Assembly (NCBI GenBank): GCA_030704615.1
Contig: CM060733.1
Location: forward strand, 34,162,001-34,226,000
Reading direction: 5' to 3'
From: Takakia lepidozioides
Lineage: Eukaryota; Plantae; Bryophyta
Length of the DNA stretch: 64,000 nucleotides
The notes under the pieces were generated by a model. That model was not told where the DNA came from, did no database searches, and was given only the letters and a program-made list of their open reading frames with translations. The position numbers were made by a program, and so were the translations under genes. This document shows positions 13,200-25,314 of this stretch, one piece after another (within the stretch, counting starts at the first letter, position 1; every line of letters begins with the position of its first letter).

Positions 13200-13900
13200 A
13201 AAATCCCATTCGACTTTTGTGTCCAAAACTATGTAGTCAGCGTTCGCTAAACCGCCGACAGCAGTTGGAAAGTGGGAAAGAAGCACCCACTATCCGCAAC
13301 CGAAGTAGTTTGAATGAGTAAAAATGGCACAATCGGCCTTTGTGGGTTTTGGGTTTGTATTTCTATCCGAATGTAAAAGTGCTTGTCTCTTTGCACAACC
13401 AAAGTAGTTGAACAAGTCTTTTATAAAGCTTTTCCAGATTTTTTCTTTCCTTTTCTTTTTGGTGGGTTTTGGATGGAGGTTTCCTACCTCTTTTTTCCGG
13501 ACCTAAACATCCATAGACGCAAGCTTGCCATCTTTAGGGTCGAGTAGAAATTGGACGTGAGAAAATCCGATTCGACTTTTGCGTCCAAACTATGTAGTCA
13601 GCGTTTGCTACACTGCCGACACAGCAGTTGGAAAGTGGGAAAGAAACAGCTACAAAGAAAAGCACCCACTATCCGCAACCAAAGTAGTTTTGCAAAAATG
13701 AGCGTCTTGACACTACCGGCCTTTGTGGGTTTTGGTTGTGTATTTCTTTCCGATCAGTGCTTGTCTCTTTGCACAACCAAAGTAGTCCAACAAGTCTTTT
13801 ATAAAGCTTTGCACATTTTTTCTTTCGTTTTCTTTTTTGGTGGGTTTTGGATAGAGGTTTCCTATCTCTTTCTTTGGATGTAAACATCCATACATGCAAG
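13200..13900. repeat. Tandem duplication, ~360-bp unit x2
   Basis: aaaatcc[c/g]attcgacttttg...aactatgtagtcagcgtt...gcacccactatccgcaacc...gtgcttgtctctttgcacaaccaaagtagt...taaacatccata at ~13200 and ~13562. Confidence 0.85.
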
Positions 13901-14427
13901 CGTCCAGTAGCCAAGATATTCTTCAAGGACAAAAGAAATCTGAATGTGAGTCAACAAGTTATCCAAAGGAAGAAGATGGTGTGGGATGCAGTTGCTGGAG
14001 CTACCCACTACCCACCCCATCCCCTGTGTGTAACAATGATGAAGACGATATGATTCTCAAGTTTCAAACACCCATGTTAGAGCGGCATGGCCTGCATGAA
14101 TTCCAATTACTGAATCTCAGTTTTCTGGGATGGGATTGATGGCGATGCAAGTGGGAGCATCATAACTTTGGAATAGGCCCAAAAAGCCATAAAACTGAAT
14201 TGGATTTTTCCAAGATCTAATGATAAGGCCTATACAAGTTCCATTCAACGAATCCATTCCATGGCACCCAAATGAATCAGGACTGCTTCCGGGAGGATTT
14301 CCGACCCTCCTTCTCTCTCTCGACACCAAAGTGACAACAAACAACACCACAGTAGGTAGCTTTGATCCCACCTTGCACATCCATGGTTACAGTTCTCCAC
14401 CGTGTCCACTAAGTTAGGTAGATGGAA

Positions 14428-14491
14428 GCCTTGGGGTCCATAAGTTACGGCCCCCTGGGGAGGCGTCATACTTTTTTCTTTTTTTTTCTAC
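14428..14491 (+). mobile_element. 5'-truncated SINE/LINE-tail insertion (64 bp)
   Basis: Flanked by 14-bp direct repeat TTAGGTAGATGGAA (14414-14427, 14492-14505). Its 3' end GAGGCGTCATACTTT matches the SINE at 52410-52570. Confidence 0.65.
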
Positions 14492-16551
14492 TTAGGTAGA
14501 TGGAATGGGGGGGAGGAGAGGGCCACCATGGATGTAGCCCAGGAGTGTCTGGCTTGCTTGGCTTGGCTTGCGTGGCTATGGTGGTGTGGAGGCAAGACGC
14601 AGCATGTGCGGCCAGCACGGTCACGTACTCTTGAGACGTGTGTATGTTTTTTTGTGACGAGGATTTGTCTCTGATGAGCCTTTTAATACTGTCATCGCCC
14701 TCCTCGGCTAGGAGCCCGCCAGCTTCCCTTGCTCACCTCACGTTATCTTCATCGCCTTGTTTTGCGGCCATAACTGAGCTTCGGAGTCCGCAACCTTCCA
14801 AGGCACCTTCCTTTTACTGTCTTATTCTGCTTCATCTTCTTCGCCTTTCCCTCCTGTTCCTTTTACCATCCTTTTACACCAAAGTTACTCGGCCAATGTG
14901 CCTCACCTCATTTCCTTTACCTACATCATAAAAAATCATTACGAGCTGGAGTATAAGATCGATTATGGGCCATGTGCAGACAACCCACAGATCTACAGTC
15001 TCTGATTTTACCATTCATGAATCATGCTTTCTCCAAGCGTATTGAGCCTACTTCACTTGATGAAAATAGTATAGAATGGCTACACAGCATAGGTGGAGGG
15101 GACTCGGGTGGTGTCAGACTACTCAGATGTCCCATCCAATTGGTTGCTAGGAATCCGATAGGGACCGGTTCTCAATCAATCTAGTCCTCCTGGATCGCGT
15201 GGATTTTGGGTACGATAGCCCCGTTATTAGGACTCTGATTTTGTTTTCCCCTTTCCCGTTACCTTGGCAAAAGGGCTTACTGCATATTCCTCACCTCTGG
15301 CTGACATCACGAACCTTCTGCAGTTACAGGTTTTACACTGACATCACTCAACCTCAGCATCATGAGCTTTGCCTTCTTCATTATCCCCTCACCCCGGCGT
15401 CCGCTTCTCCCTTTGTTTCTGACATCACACAACCTCTCCCACACCATCTTCGCCTTCTCATGCTCACACCAGCTGGTCGCCCACTACCTACTCAGCCTAG
15501 CTAGCCTCATTTCCCTGACCTCAATTAGGCTCTGCTTGAGCCTCTGCACTTGCCTGCCATTACTGGCTTCTGCCAAGCGGCGGCAAGCTCTCGGCTGCTT
15601 GTTCATAAAGCAGCGCCGCCTCTTCAAGACATCGGAGACTGTGAGACCATGGCTGTGTACGTGCCCACCGCGGACGGGACTACCCCCTCCTCTTGCTACT
15701 TGTGTCGGCTGCATGCTCGACACCACCCAACCATCTCTCTCTCTCCCTCTCTCTCTTCCTCGTCACCATTCCTTCTCTTTTCTCGACCTTCGCTGTTTCT
15801 CGGAACCATCCCCTCCACCCCTCCTTATAAACTCCTCCTCCGAAATTAGCCCCAAGCGGGACACAAATCGTTTTCTAACTACAATCGTGCTTCTTCCTTG
15901 GCGTCCTCGCATTGACATTGCGCCTCTCATACTTAATCCCTCTCCCTCATCACTGCCTGCTAAACTAAGAAATTTCGTTCCTCTACCTCGGCCTATAATA
16001 AGACGCTAGACTGCACCCGGCAGATGGCCGGGCCGAGGGCCCGCGGGCGCGGCGGATCGCTGGCTCGACCGCGGATCGCGGTCGCGGTTCATCACCGCGC
16101 GGTGCGACGCTTGTCGCCACCTGCGCCCTCTTCATTGCCCTCTTTACTCGCTGCCTTTCCGCGCGCCGGCGCCGCGGGCCCCCCCGCCGGGACTTCGGCA
16201 CCCGGCGCGGCTCCGGCGGCCGGGCTCCCGGGCGCGGGCAGCCCCCGTTTCTCATCCAGCCCCGGAGCTTGTCCCCTATTCATCCATACACCGCTTAAAC
16301 AATTAATAAAACTACAATCCCCTCTCACGTTTTTCCGCGAGGACAAAGATTTATATTCCCGGGAATCTCGGCACCCCATTGGCCCCCACTTCGTAATCCG
16401 GCCCCAGCCAAAACCAACATACCCCGTTGAATACCTCGAATTTCCTTCAATACCCAGATATAAATATGTATGTATATATTCATTACGTCGAATTTCTTTC
16501 AATTCCCAGATTTAAATATATATGTATCTATCCATTCATTACTACCAATAT

Positions 16552-16739
16552 CACAACTTGTTACGTACGCTATTCCGACCGAGGCCGGAACACAACTTCA
16601 ACCGATCCGCTCCCACAACTTGTTACGTGTGCTGTTTCGAGTGAGACCGTAACACAACTTCAACCGATCCGCTCCCACAACTTGTTACGTGTGCTGTTTC
16701 GAGTGAGACCGTAACACAACTTCAGCAGATTCGCTCCCA
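16552..16739. repeat. 62-bp tandem repeat (~3 copies) upstream of the ARF gene
   Basis: cacaacttcaaccgatccgctcccacaacttgttacgtgtgctgtttcgagtgagaccgtaa at 16591 and 16653, plus partial flanking copies. Confidence 0.9.
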
Positions 16740-17258
16740 TGCCGATGGCGTTGGCTCCGCACCCGGCACCCAAACAATACCATAACATGTTGTGTCGAAG
16801 CGACGGGAAAGGGAACATCGGCACGGTTGTCGGGCCGCCGAGAATGACATTTCCATATCTTTTATTATGTTTTATTACGTATCTCACATAAATAAATGGA
16901 AATGAGAATAGAAAATGGAATAATCGGAAATTAGAGAATACAAAGGGCGTGGGCAGGCGGCAGAGCGGCGCTGTGATTACCGACAGCGGGAATAGAGTAG
17001 GCGGCGCAGGTGTAGGGCGGGTGGCGACCAAGGGGGTGGTTGTCGGAATCCCGCCTTCTTTTTCTGCGCCCGCCCGTCGCTGTCCGCCCGCTGCCCGCCT
17101 TCTTTGTACCCCCAGTGCGGCCCGCAGTGGCCATCTTCTGGACAGCGTTCTTGCGCACCCTAGCGAGCAAGCACGCAAGGGAAGGGAAGGAAGGGAAGGA
17201 AGCGAGCGAGGGAGGGGGGGCGGGTGCAGCATGCGAGTGATTGTGCGGTGCTCTCGAC

Positions 17259-20200
17259 ATGTCAGAGGTTTTTTCGTCTACTGCGAGGCAGTTGAGGAGC
17301 TCCAATGGCGCAGGGATGAGTTTTCCAGCCAGCTTCAATGACGACGTAGTCACGTTGCCGCCTGTTGCTCGGCCTGTTCCGCAGCGTCCAGCTCCTGCAT
17401 CCCAGGCGTCTGTGGCCTCTCCACGGCCAGGTAGGATTTCTACGTGTCTTTTGGAACAGTGGGGTTGTGTTTGTTGTGTGGAGCTGTAAGGAGGAACCTC
17501 TAAATTGTGCCTGCATAATTTGATGGTTTAGTGGGTTGTGGTGCTGTGCCTGTTTTCGTGTCTGGTTTGTGACTTGTGGTCGCATCTGCTGGGGGCGAGG
17601 ATTTTGAAGAAACAACTGGTTTGGTGCAGGGCAATGTGATCTCGACTCGGAGCTGTGGCATGCTTGCGCGGGGCCGCTGGCATCGCTGCCGCCTGTGAAC
17701 TCTCGTGTCACTTACTGGCCTCAAGGGCATATTGAACAGGTTGGTAGTGTCTGTATGTCGCGCAGACTGGTTGGAGTTTTAGAAAGATGTTTGTTTTTGT
17801 TCGAAGCTGGAACACGTCTACATTGTGTGTGGTTTCCCCCCCGTGATGACGCCCGATGTGGGTCTCTGGTGGCAGGTGGCAGCGTGTACCACGCAGGCAG
17901 CAGTGGATGAACATCTTCAGCATTATAAATTGCCTCCACACATCGTCTGTCGTTTGACTGAAATGACCTTGAGCGTAAGGAACATTCCCTCAGTGTGCAT
18001 GTTAGAATTAGATATCTTGTCTGCATCAGGTGCTGTTGCGCACTCGGACTGTGAGCTTTTCGGTTTAAGTTTATTGGTCTTCGTAGCTGGCGGTCTTACC
18101 ATGCTTGCGGAGGCTAACATCCTTTTTGTGGGGTACTTGACAGGCGGATGCGGACACTGATGAAGTTTTTGCGCAAATGACTCTGACCCCCGAGAGTGAG
18201 GTATCGCTAGAGATCCCATGTCCATCATTGTCGTCGCTTTGAACCTCTATGTTGAGTCAGGGTTGTTTTGTCTCCAGAAATTCATGATTGTGCTGCAGGT
18301 TTTTGACTCAGTGGTGTTTTCAACTATGCAGAGCGACGCAACTTTGGATTGCGAAGAACCCCCACCACCAGTGAAGCGGAACTTGCACATGTTTTGCAAG
18401 ACTCTGACAGCCAGCGACACTAGCACGCATGGAGGCTTCTCTGTTCCAAGGCGTGCAGCAGAAGCTTGTCTTCCAACACTTGTAAGTACGTGTGGTTATG
18501 GTAGTGTTGGTGTTTCTGATATGTTTGTGCTAGTTGTCTGTAGCCGACTAGGGTTAGAAGCGCTAACACGAGCATGCATTGCACTTTTCAGGATATGACT
18601 ATGAACCCTCCCTGTCAGGAGCTGATGGCAAAGGACCTTCATGGGGTTGAGTGGAAGTTCCGCCACATTTACCGGGGTAAGATGGAAAGTTTGAAACCAG
18701 ATTAGAAGTTTATTGCTCTGCAACTGGTGTAAATCACATGGTGGAACCAGTGGTTAGTCTTCTTACAATTACGGTTTTTGTTTGTTATGTAGGTCATCCC
18801 CGAAGGCATCTGCTCACCACCGGGTGGAGTGTGTTTGTAAGCACGAAGAGGCTGGTGGCAGGAGATTCTGTCATATTTTTACGGTACAAAAGTCACTTGC
18901 ATGAAGTTTTACCCTAGGAATGAGTTTGGTTTCTGGATCTTCAAAGATAAGGATATGATGTGTTTTGTCTCAAGCATTTGTTAGAGGAGTTGCCCCCATT
19001 TCATGGAGGCATGTACGGTTAAGTTGTCTTACAGTGGAGCTACTGGACAGTGGGGAGAACGGACAGCTGAGGTTGGGAGTGAGGCGGGCGACGAAGCAAC
19101 TGAACACACGGAACTCGTTTTTCACGAGTCAGAGTATGCATCTCGGTGTGCTTGCTGCCGCTTCTCATGCAGCAAGAGAGAAGCTTCGGTTCAATGTCAT
19201 CTATAATCCTAGGTTTGTCCAAGTGTAACTCCGCCAGTACTTCTTGCTGTTAGTAATCTCCACTTTCAAGGGTTAAGTTTTCAGTTCTTCCTCTGTAGAG
19301 TGAAGTCAAGCGTCTCCATGTTAGTCCTCGTCAGGAAACCTCTTTATACTATTTTCTCTGCATGTATAAGATGAGCCTGCGAGGGCAATGAAAGAGGTCA
19401 AAGGGTGGCAAGTGCACAAATGCTCGGACTTATGGTCACTCTCCAATGCCTTTCTAATAGCCCACCAAAGTTGCAAGCACTATGGGATGAATTGCTAAGC
19501 TGCTGGAGGGGTTGGTTTTCAGGACGAGTCCTGCAGAGTTTGTGATTCCATATCACAAATACAAGAAGGCTCTTACCAGCACCCTGGCTGTGGGAACACG
19601 GTTCAAGATGAGATTTGAGACAGAAGACACATCTGAGAGAAGGTCCGTAAACACTGACTCTCATTTTGTTTGGGTACTTTCAGAATGCATCTGAGACTGT
19701 GTTACTGCATAGTGTGTTGACATACCTGACATTAGGGGGCTTTGGCATGGGTGTCTGGTGTTCATCTCACATGTGCTGAACTTGTGCCAGGTATGCTGGT
19801 ACTGTTACTTCCACAGGGGACCTGGATCCTGAACGATGGCCCAAGTCATTATGGCGGTCATTGAAGGTATGAAGCTTGGTAGATTGTAGTATGCCATTTG
19901 AAGCAAAAGCTAAGGAGATGCTGTCAGTGTCCTTGTATGTTTCATAACTGAATGTATGTCAGGCTGGAGACCAAAATGACAAATCCATTGAGGAAATAAA
20001 TAGAATATGATAGGATAGAGGAAAGAGAATAAGAGGATGAAAAAGGAAAAGAGGATAGGGCAAGGACAGTTGTCATAAGCCTCATGGACAGGGCATAGTG
20101 AAAGTCAATGAAAGGCAAGCCTACCCCGCGACATAAACTACCACTCAAACTGCACTTTGACTAAGAGAGTTAGTTCTCTCATCTTCGTTCTCTGTCTAGA

Positions 20201-22506
20201 CTTCTGTGTTCTACTTTTTTCTCTCCAGCCCCTTTGGTCTTCTGAGTATTATATATCTCTCTCTGCGACTTTGGCAAAGAATGTGATGGAAAGTCAAATC
20301 AGCAGTCCTGGCTACAGAGGATTTCCTTGAGCTCAGAATCTGTCTCACAGGAAATTAGTGTGTTGCGCTATGTTGAGTGCTTGACACAATGTAAGTTGCT
20401 AGCATCTGTATCTTGTTGTCCTATTGAGTTGAGGTAGATGTGTGTTTAAATATTGCCGATTGTGAGGTGTAGAGTCTTCTCTCTCTACAACATGTTTTGC
20501 TGTCATGGTGTTGAGATGGAACATTCCTCCTGGGTTTCTATGCTGCCCTCTTCATGGATATGTTGAGATTAGAATGTTTTGATCAGAACTCATGCTGTGC
20601 AAGTTGATGATACAGGTGGGTTGGGATGAATCTGCGGCTAGTGAAAGGCACGAAAGGGTATCTCCGTGGGAGATCGAGCCTTTCGTAGCAGCAGCAGCAG
20701 CCCCGCCTCCTCCACCTGCTGGGCCTAAGCTTAAGCGCCGTTCCACCCTTGGTGCAAATCCATCCTGTCAAGGTAGTTCAGGGCTCCAGACTCTAATTTT
20801 GCTACTCTAACTGCGTTGGATTTGGGAGGTTTTCTTCCAGCCGAGAAGGTGTTTTAGGGATTCCAGTCCCAGGTGTCCTCATGTAGAATGCTGCAAGATT
20901 GAATGACTACGGTAATACAGTTAATGGTCTGAGCTTTTGATGCATGCAATTTGTGATGGTTGTGGCACTCTCCAGTGCTGTGTGTTGGCCTATTTTGGAG
21001 CTGGACCCATGTAGCCATCTGAGGGTAAATGTTGTATGAATAAACTGCAGGGAGTAGCCAGGCGAGCAAGTTAGCCAGAATTTTACAACAAGGAATGGAT
21101 CCACGAATTATGATGAGTGCGGGGGAAGAAGAGGAGGCGGTCTCTTCATCGGTGGCTTCCGGCTGGGGAATTAAACGTGAAGATGGGTTCAGTAATGAAG
21201 TGGTGGCAGGGAGAAGAATGGGAGCAGAAAGCTGGACGCCAATGTGGCGACCGGAAATTGGCCTTCCAGAAATGTACCGTGGACTTCCGGGCATGGCAGG
21301 GAATCGGGGAATTCTGACAATGGACTCCTCTCAGCAAAATCTGGAGAGGCAGCAGCAGCAACTTCGCCTGTGTGTTCAGAAAATGAGAGAACAGCAGGAG
21401 AGTGCCCAGTTGGCAAATGCCCTCCAGATGTCAAGTTGTCAACTTTTGAGTGATTCTGATTTGTCACTGTCCATGAATTCCACCTGCAGCAAATATGGCA
21501 ACAGGATGCAGTGGTTGGCACCAGCACTTCCTGTCTGTGAATCGCCGGGATCTTCAAGCCTCACCTGGTCAATGAGGTCTCCTAGCCCTGCAGAGGGGCT
21601 ACCTTCTCGTCCAACAGCAGGTGTATCGGAGGTTTCATTATACACAGATGAGCAGCAACACAAATTGAAAATTTTTGGTTTTGATTTAACAGAGAAACCA
21701 ATCATGGCTGAAGACCTTGGTCTCGGAGCATCCCCAGTGGTCTCTGAGCATACCGGGAGTCCCAAGTGCAATGCAGGAGGTGGCAGTGGTTCTGGGAGCC
21801 AGGGTGTCTCGGAATGGACTTCCAAAGGGGGAGCCAAGAGCTGGGCCCAACGACCTCTGAGGAGTTATACAAAGGTAAGTTTGCAATTTCAAAGCTTGAG
21901 ATGAAGTGGACTCCTTTGTTTAGAAAGTCAATAGGGCACTTAGCTGATTCGTGGAATTTGCATCTCAGGTGTACAAGCAGGGAATGCCAGGGCGCTCCAT
22001 CGACTTGTCAAAGTTCGGGAATTATTCTGAGCTTCGGCATGCTCTAGCGGCAATGTTCCAGCTGGAAGGACAGTTGGATGACCCTCTAATGGGATGGCAA
22101 GTAGTGTATACTGATCACGAAGATGATGTCCTCCTGGTTGGCGATGACCCATGGGTGTAAGCACTGCATCTTATTGCTGCTTAGTTTTGATGACTTTCAG
22201 GTTGGGTTGTATTTTCCTTGTGATGTTCCATGGGTCTGTAGTTTTGAAGAGCAGTCATCTTCTTGCGTCGCTCCCAAAGGTGTTTAAAGAAACTTCCTCA
22301 TCACTCAATTTTAGTAATAGTTCTGTTATTGTGCATTGAGACTGAAACAGTTGTTGATTTTGAACAGGGACTTCTGCAGCTATGTGCGCAGTCTCAAGAT
22401 ACTGTCCCCTGCTGAGGCTGTAGGAAAGGACACATTTAAGAAGGCGCACAGTTGCAGCTCTGATGAAGTTGCAAGAGAGACCAAGGACAGTGTTTGTATA
22501 GCTTAG
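17259..22506 (+). CDS. ARF: Auxin response factor, class B (repressor type): B3 DBD, dimerisation domain, middle region, PB1; 14 exons
   Basis: Approximate GT-AG exons: 17259-17430, 17630-17739 ([19 protein letters not shown]), 17876-17974, 18144-18200 ([11 protein letters not shown]), ~18299 or 18332 to 18481 ([24 protein letters not shown]), 18592-18676, 18793-18883 ([16 protein letters not shown]), 19051-19212, 19523-19642, 19791-19866, 20616-20772 (VSPWEIEP), 21051-21874 (KLKIFGFDL, an R/KLFG-like repression motif), 21969-22156 ([27 protein letters not shown]), 22368-22506. The start codon is inferred. Confidence 0.93.
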
Positions 22507-24910
22507 AGTTGCGGATGGCACCTTAGTTTAGATGTATACACCCTCCAGGAGTGCGCCCCCCCCTCTCATTTTTCGTTCTTGAGAACACTCGTGGATTAGC
22601 AAACTGGTGTTGAAGTGTCTTCTTCCACCAAGATGAGTCCTTGACAAAGACAAACTTTGTATGAGCAATGTACCAATTGCCCAAAGAGCTGATATTCAGA
22701 CCTGTGAGCTACCTTGAAGAAATGAGGATAGCATATGTGACATCAAATTGTTCTCTGATCAGGTGGGCATGAAGAATCCTGTATCAGTAATGAAATCAGG
22801 ATGCATGTATGATGCTTCTAGGATGGCCTCCTGCTTCATTAGCCCAGATTCAGTACTGCATTTACTGCAGGTCAAGTGGCACTGTCGCAAGAAATTGTTA
22901 GGGGAAGGAAAGCAAATCAGAAGCATATAGCACACGTTCTCAGAAATGAAAGACAGGCGAAAATGAGCTTCATCAGTGAACACAGTCAGGCACAGCCCCG
23001 ATTGGAAATGTGTAGAATACTGTGTTTTTGTACATTATCGAAGACAATAACAGTTAGCTTCGAGGAGGGGAGTTTTGCCTCCTAGTTGTAAGACTAATTT
23101 TCACTAAGGGTATATGCGCTTTTCCTCTCAGGGTTCAGGTTAAGAAGAGGGTTTGTACGTCTTAAAGCTTGACTGACCAATAGTGGGGAATCTATCGCTG
23201 AGCACCACAATGCAAGCACTAATCATCAGACATACACGGAATCACAGCATCACTTCCAACACCCGGTGCACATCCAAGTTCACCAAATTAACACCTAAAA
23301 AACAGCCGCGAGTGCAAGCATCCATAGATTAAGTAGGTAGTACTAATCTAATCACAATCTCCGGGTGGTGTGGCTTCATTGGTTATCCAGATTACAATCC
23401 TTCCCTATCACAAATCAGCCTCCAGTTGCATGATCATGTTACTGTTGATATAGGACTAGGCAGTAATTGCAAAATTAGGATAGCACCAGCCACTTCGTAG
23501 CTTTTCATCCAAGTGACAAACATAAGAGCATCTCTGCCAAGTGGAATCCCTCATCCCACATATCGCCCATGCCATGAGGAGCGAGCTCCAGCGAGCTGAG
23601 TGATGTATTGTGCATTCACCAGCCCATGCTTGGTTTCACTGAAGTTCAGTTCACAAACATATTGACTACTTGCCTTTGTGGTCTTCAAGAGCATGTCCCC
23701 ACACCGAGTAGATATTCCTAAGCTGTCATTCTTGTTCACTGCAACTAATATGCTACAATGAAACATTTCAGTATGTCTTTCATTGGGCCATTTTTAGGTG
23801 GCTTGAATCCAAAGCGTAGCATGTTTTTTCATCTATTTCAAATCATTGCATGCTCTACTTCTGCTTTTTTTGTATGTCCTGCCTTTTATTGGCATTTTTT
23901 TGCAGAACATTGCATGGCTTCCAACTAAATTGTTTCTATTCATATTAGTCACTTTTCCACGGTAAAAGACCTTCTTTGTCTTGCCCTCTGCTATAGGGCT
24001 TCCTTCTCCTGCTTGACCACCCTGCGCTTAAAGAACTTTCAGATTTTTCCCTGGAAGGAAACCTGTGACCTTTAAACCTGTGAATCTACACGCTAGGCTG
24101 GCCAATGCCGTTACAGAACCCTATAACCTACCCGCCAGGCTCGCCAATGCATTACTACGTTCCATGTGCGTTCTTCACGCACGGTAAGCCTCTGAGTGGA
24201 GGGGATTACCTACCACCACGTGGTGGGGCTCATTTCGGTAATACACAAACATGAGCATACGATCACGCTTAGTGGACAAAGCGTAAGCCCAGCTCGGAGG
24301 CTGGGCTCACAGGGCTAGGCTCACACCGTAGCTACGCTGCTCCTGCAGCATTCATCCACACCAGCATACACAAAGTTAAACACTCCAAAACACGTCCAAA
24401 GTCTCAACCCCTAGGTTTAAATAGAAAACCTAATGCTAAGCATATTTAGCCAGATGGCAGTTTCTCTCTGGTCGCTCATATTTCCAGCCGTCTCATGACT
24501 GCCAGCAGGTTTCTTAATCAAAAAGCTATGTAGCTATTAACATAAGAGAAGTTTGCTAACTATTTAAAGGTCTATCCAACTATAATAGTCGGCCTCATAC
24601 TAACAGTACGTGTGTCATCCATTTAAGGGGAATAAAGACATATGAGGAATCCGGACCTTCACACCCCTATCGCCGCTAATGGTTTTTTTTCGGTTTTCCA
24701 AACATGTAACTCCTATTAACGGGGTTAAAAATATACAACCCCCACGACCGTGGGTGGTGCGCCGCGCGAGCATGCTCACATGATACCAACCCTCCTGAAA
24801 GACCCGCCGGTTATTCGGTGACAACTGCCGTTTCTTAGAGGTTGTAACAATTAACCTGAACCGGTGGTTCTTTCCATGAAAATATTCGAAAAACCCGGAA
24901 TCGGGATCCA

Positions 24911-25122
24911 ATTTTTTTTAAAAAAAATTTATAAAGGGAAACACCTTGGAGCGACAGCTCACAAATCAGGCCCCTTAATTATAGTCAGAGGATAAAATAA
25001 CCTCTTTCACAATAACCTCGCTGTGAAGGCTTTTCGCATGGGACGCCACCCAAGGTAGCAAGATTTGACCCCAGAATCATCTGGGTGGCACTCAGTGCAC
25101 TATCCAATTGAGCTACTGACTG
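24911..25122 (-). mobile_element. tRNA-derived SINE
   Basis: Minus strand begins with an A box TAGCTCAATTGG and a B-box-like GGGTCAAATC and ends in an A-rich tail. The body (ggagcga...cacaa[a/t]tcaggccc...aaaataacc) recurs at ~33079-33130. Confidence 0.6.
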
Positions 25123-25314
25123 TTGGTGTTGATTCTAAGATTTTGTAAAATCCCAAACCAGAGGTTATGGAAAAAATCAAATAACCAGCCATCATTGGTT
25201 TACCATAGTGGGATAGTCACTTGCCTGCCTAATAATTATTTTTGGGGCCATTTGGCAGTTAGGCACTTTTGAGGAAAAAAATAAAAATAATTAGGCATCT
25301 AGGATGTGTGTGCA

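Noticed and set aside
16552-16739. CRISPR-like array (also considered for 30351-30536 and 12315-12617)
   Set aside because: Head-to-tail or loosely spaced repeats with no regular unique spacers, no cas genes, and a eukaryotic context.
15362-17353. Several 130-215 aa ORFs around the GC island
   Set aside because: Low-complexity overlapping frames expected from high GC; no domains. Also no rRNA flanks to support an ITS call.
25040-25122. tRNA gene
   Set aside because: A and B boxes are present but no convincing cloverleaf, and it continues into a repeated body and A-rich tail, so it is treated as a SINE.
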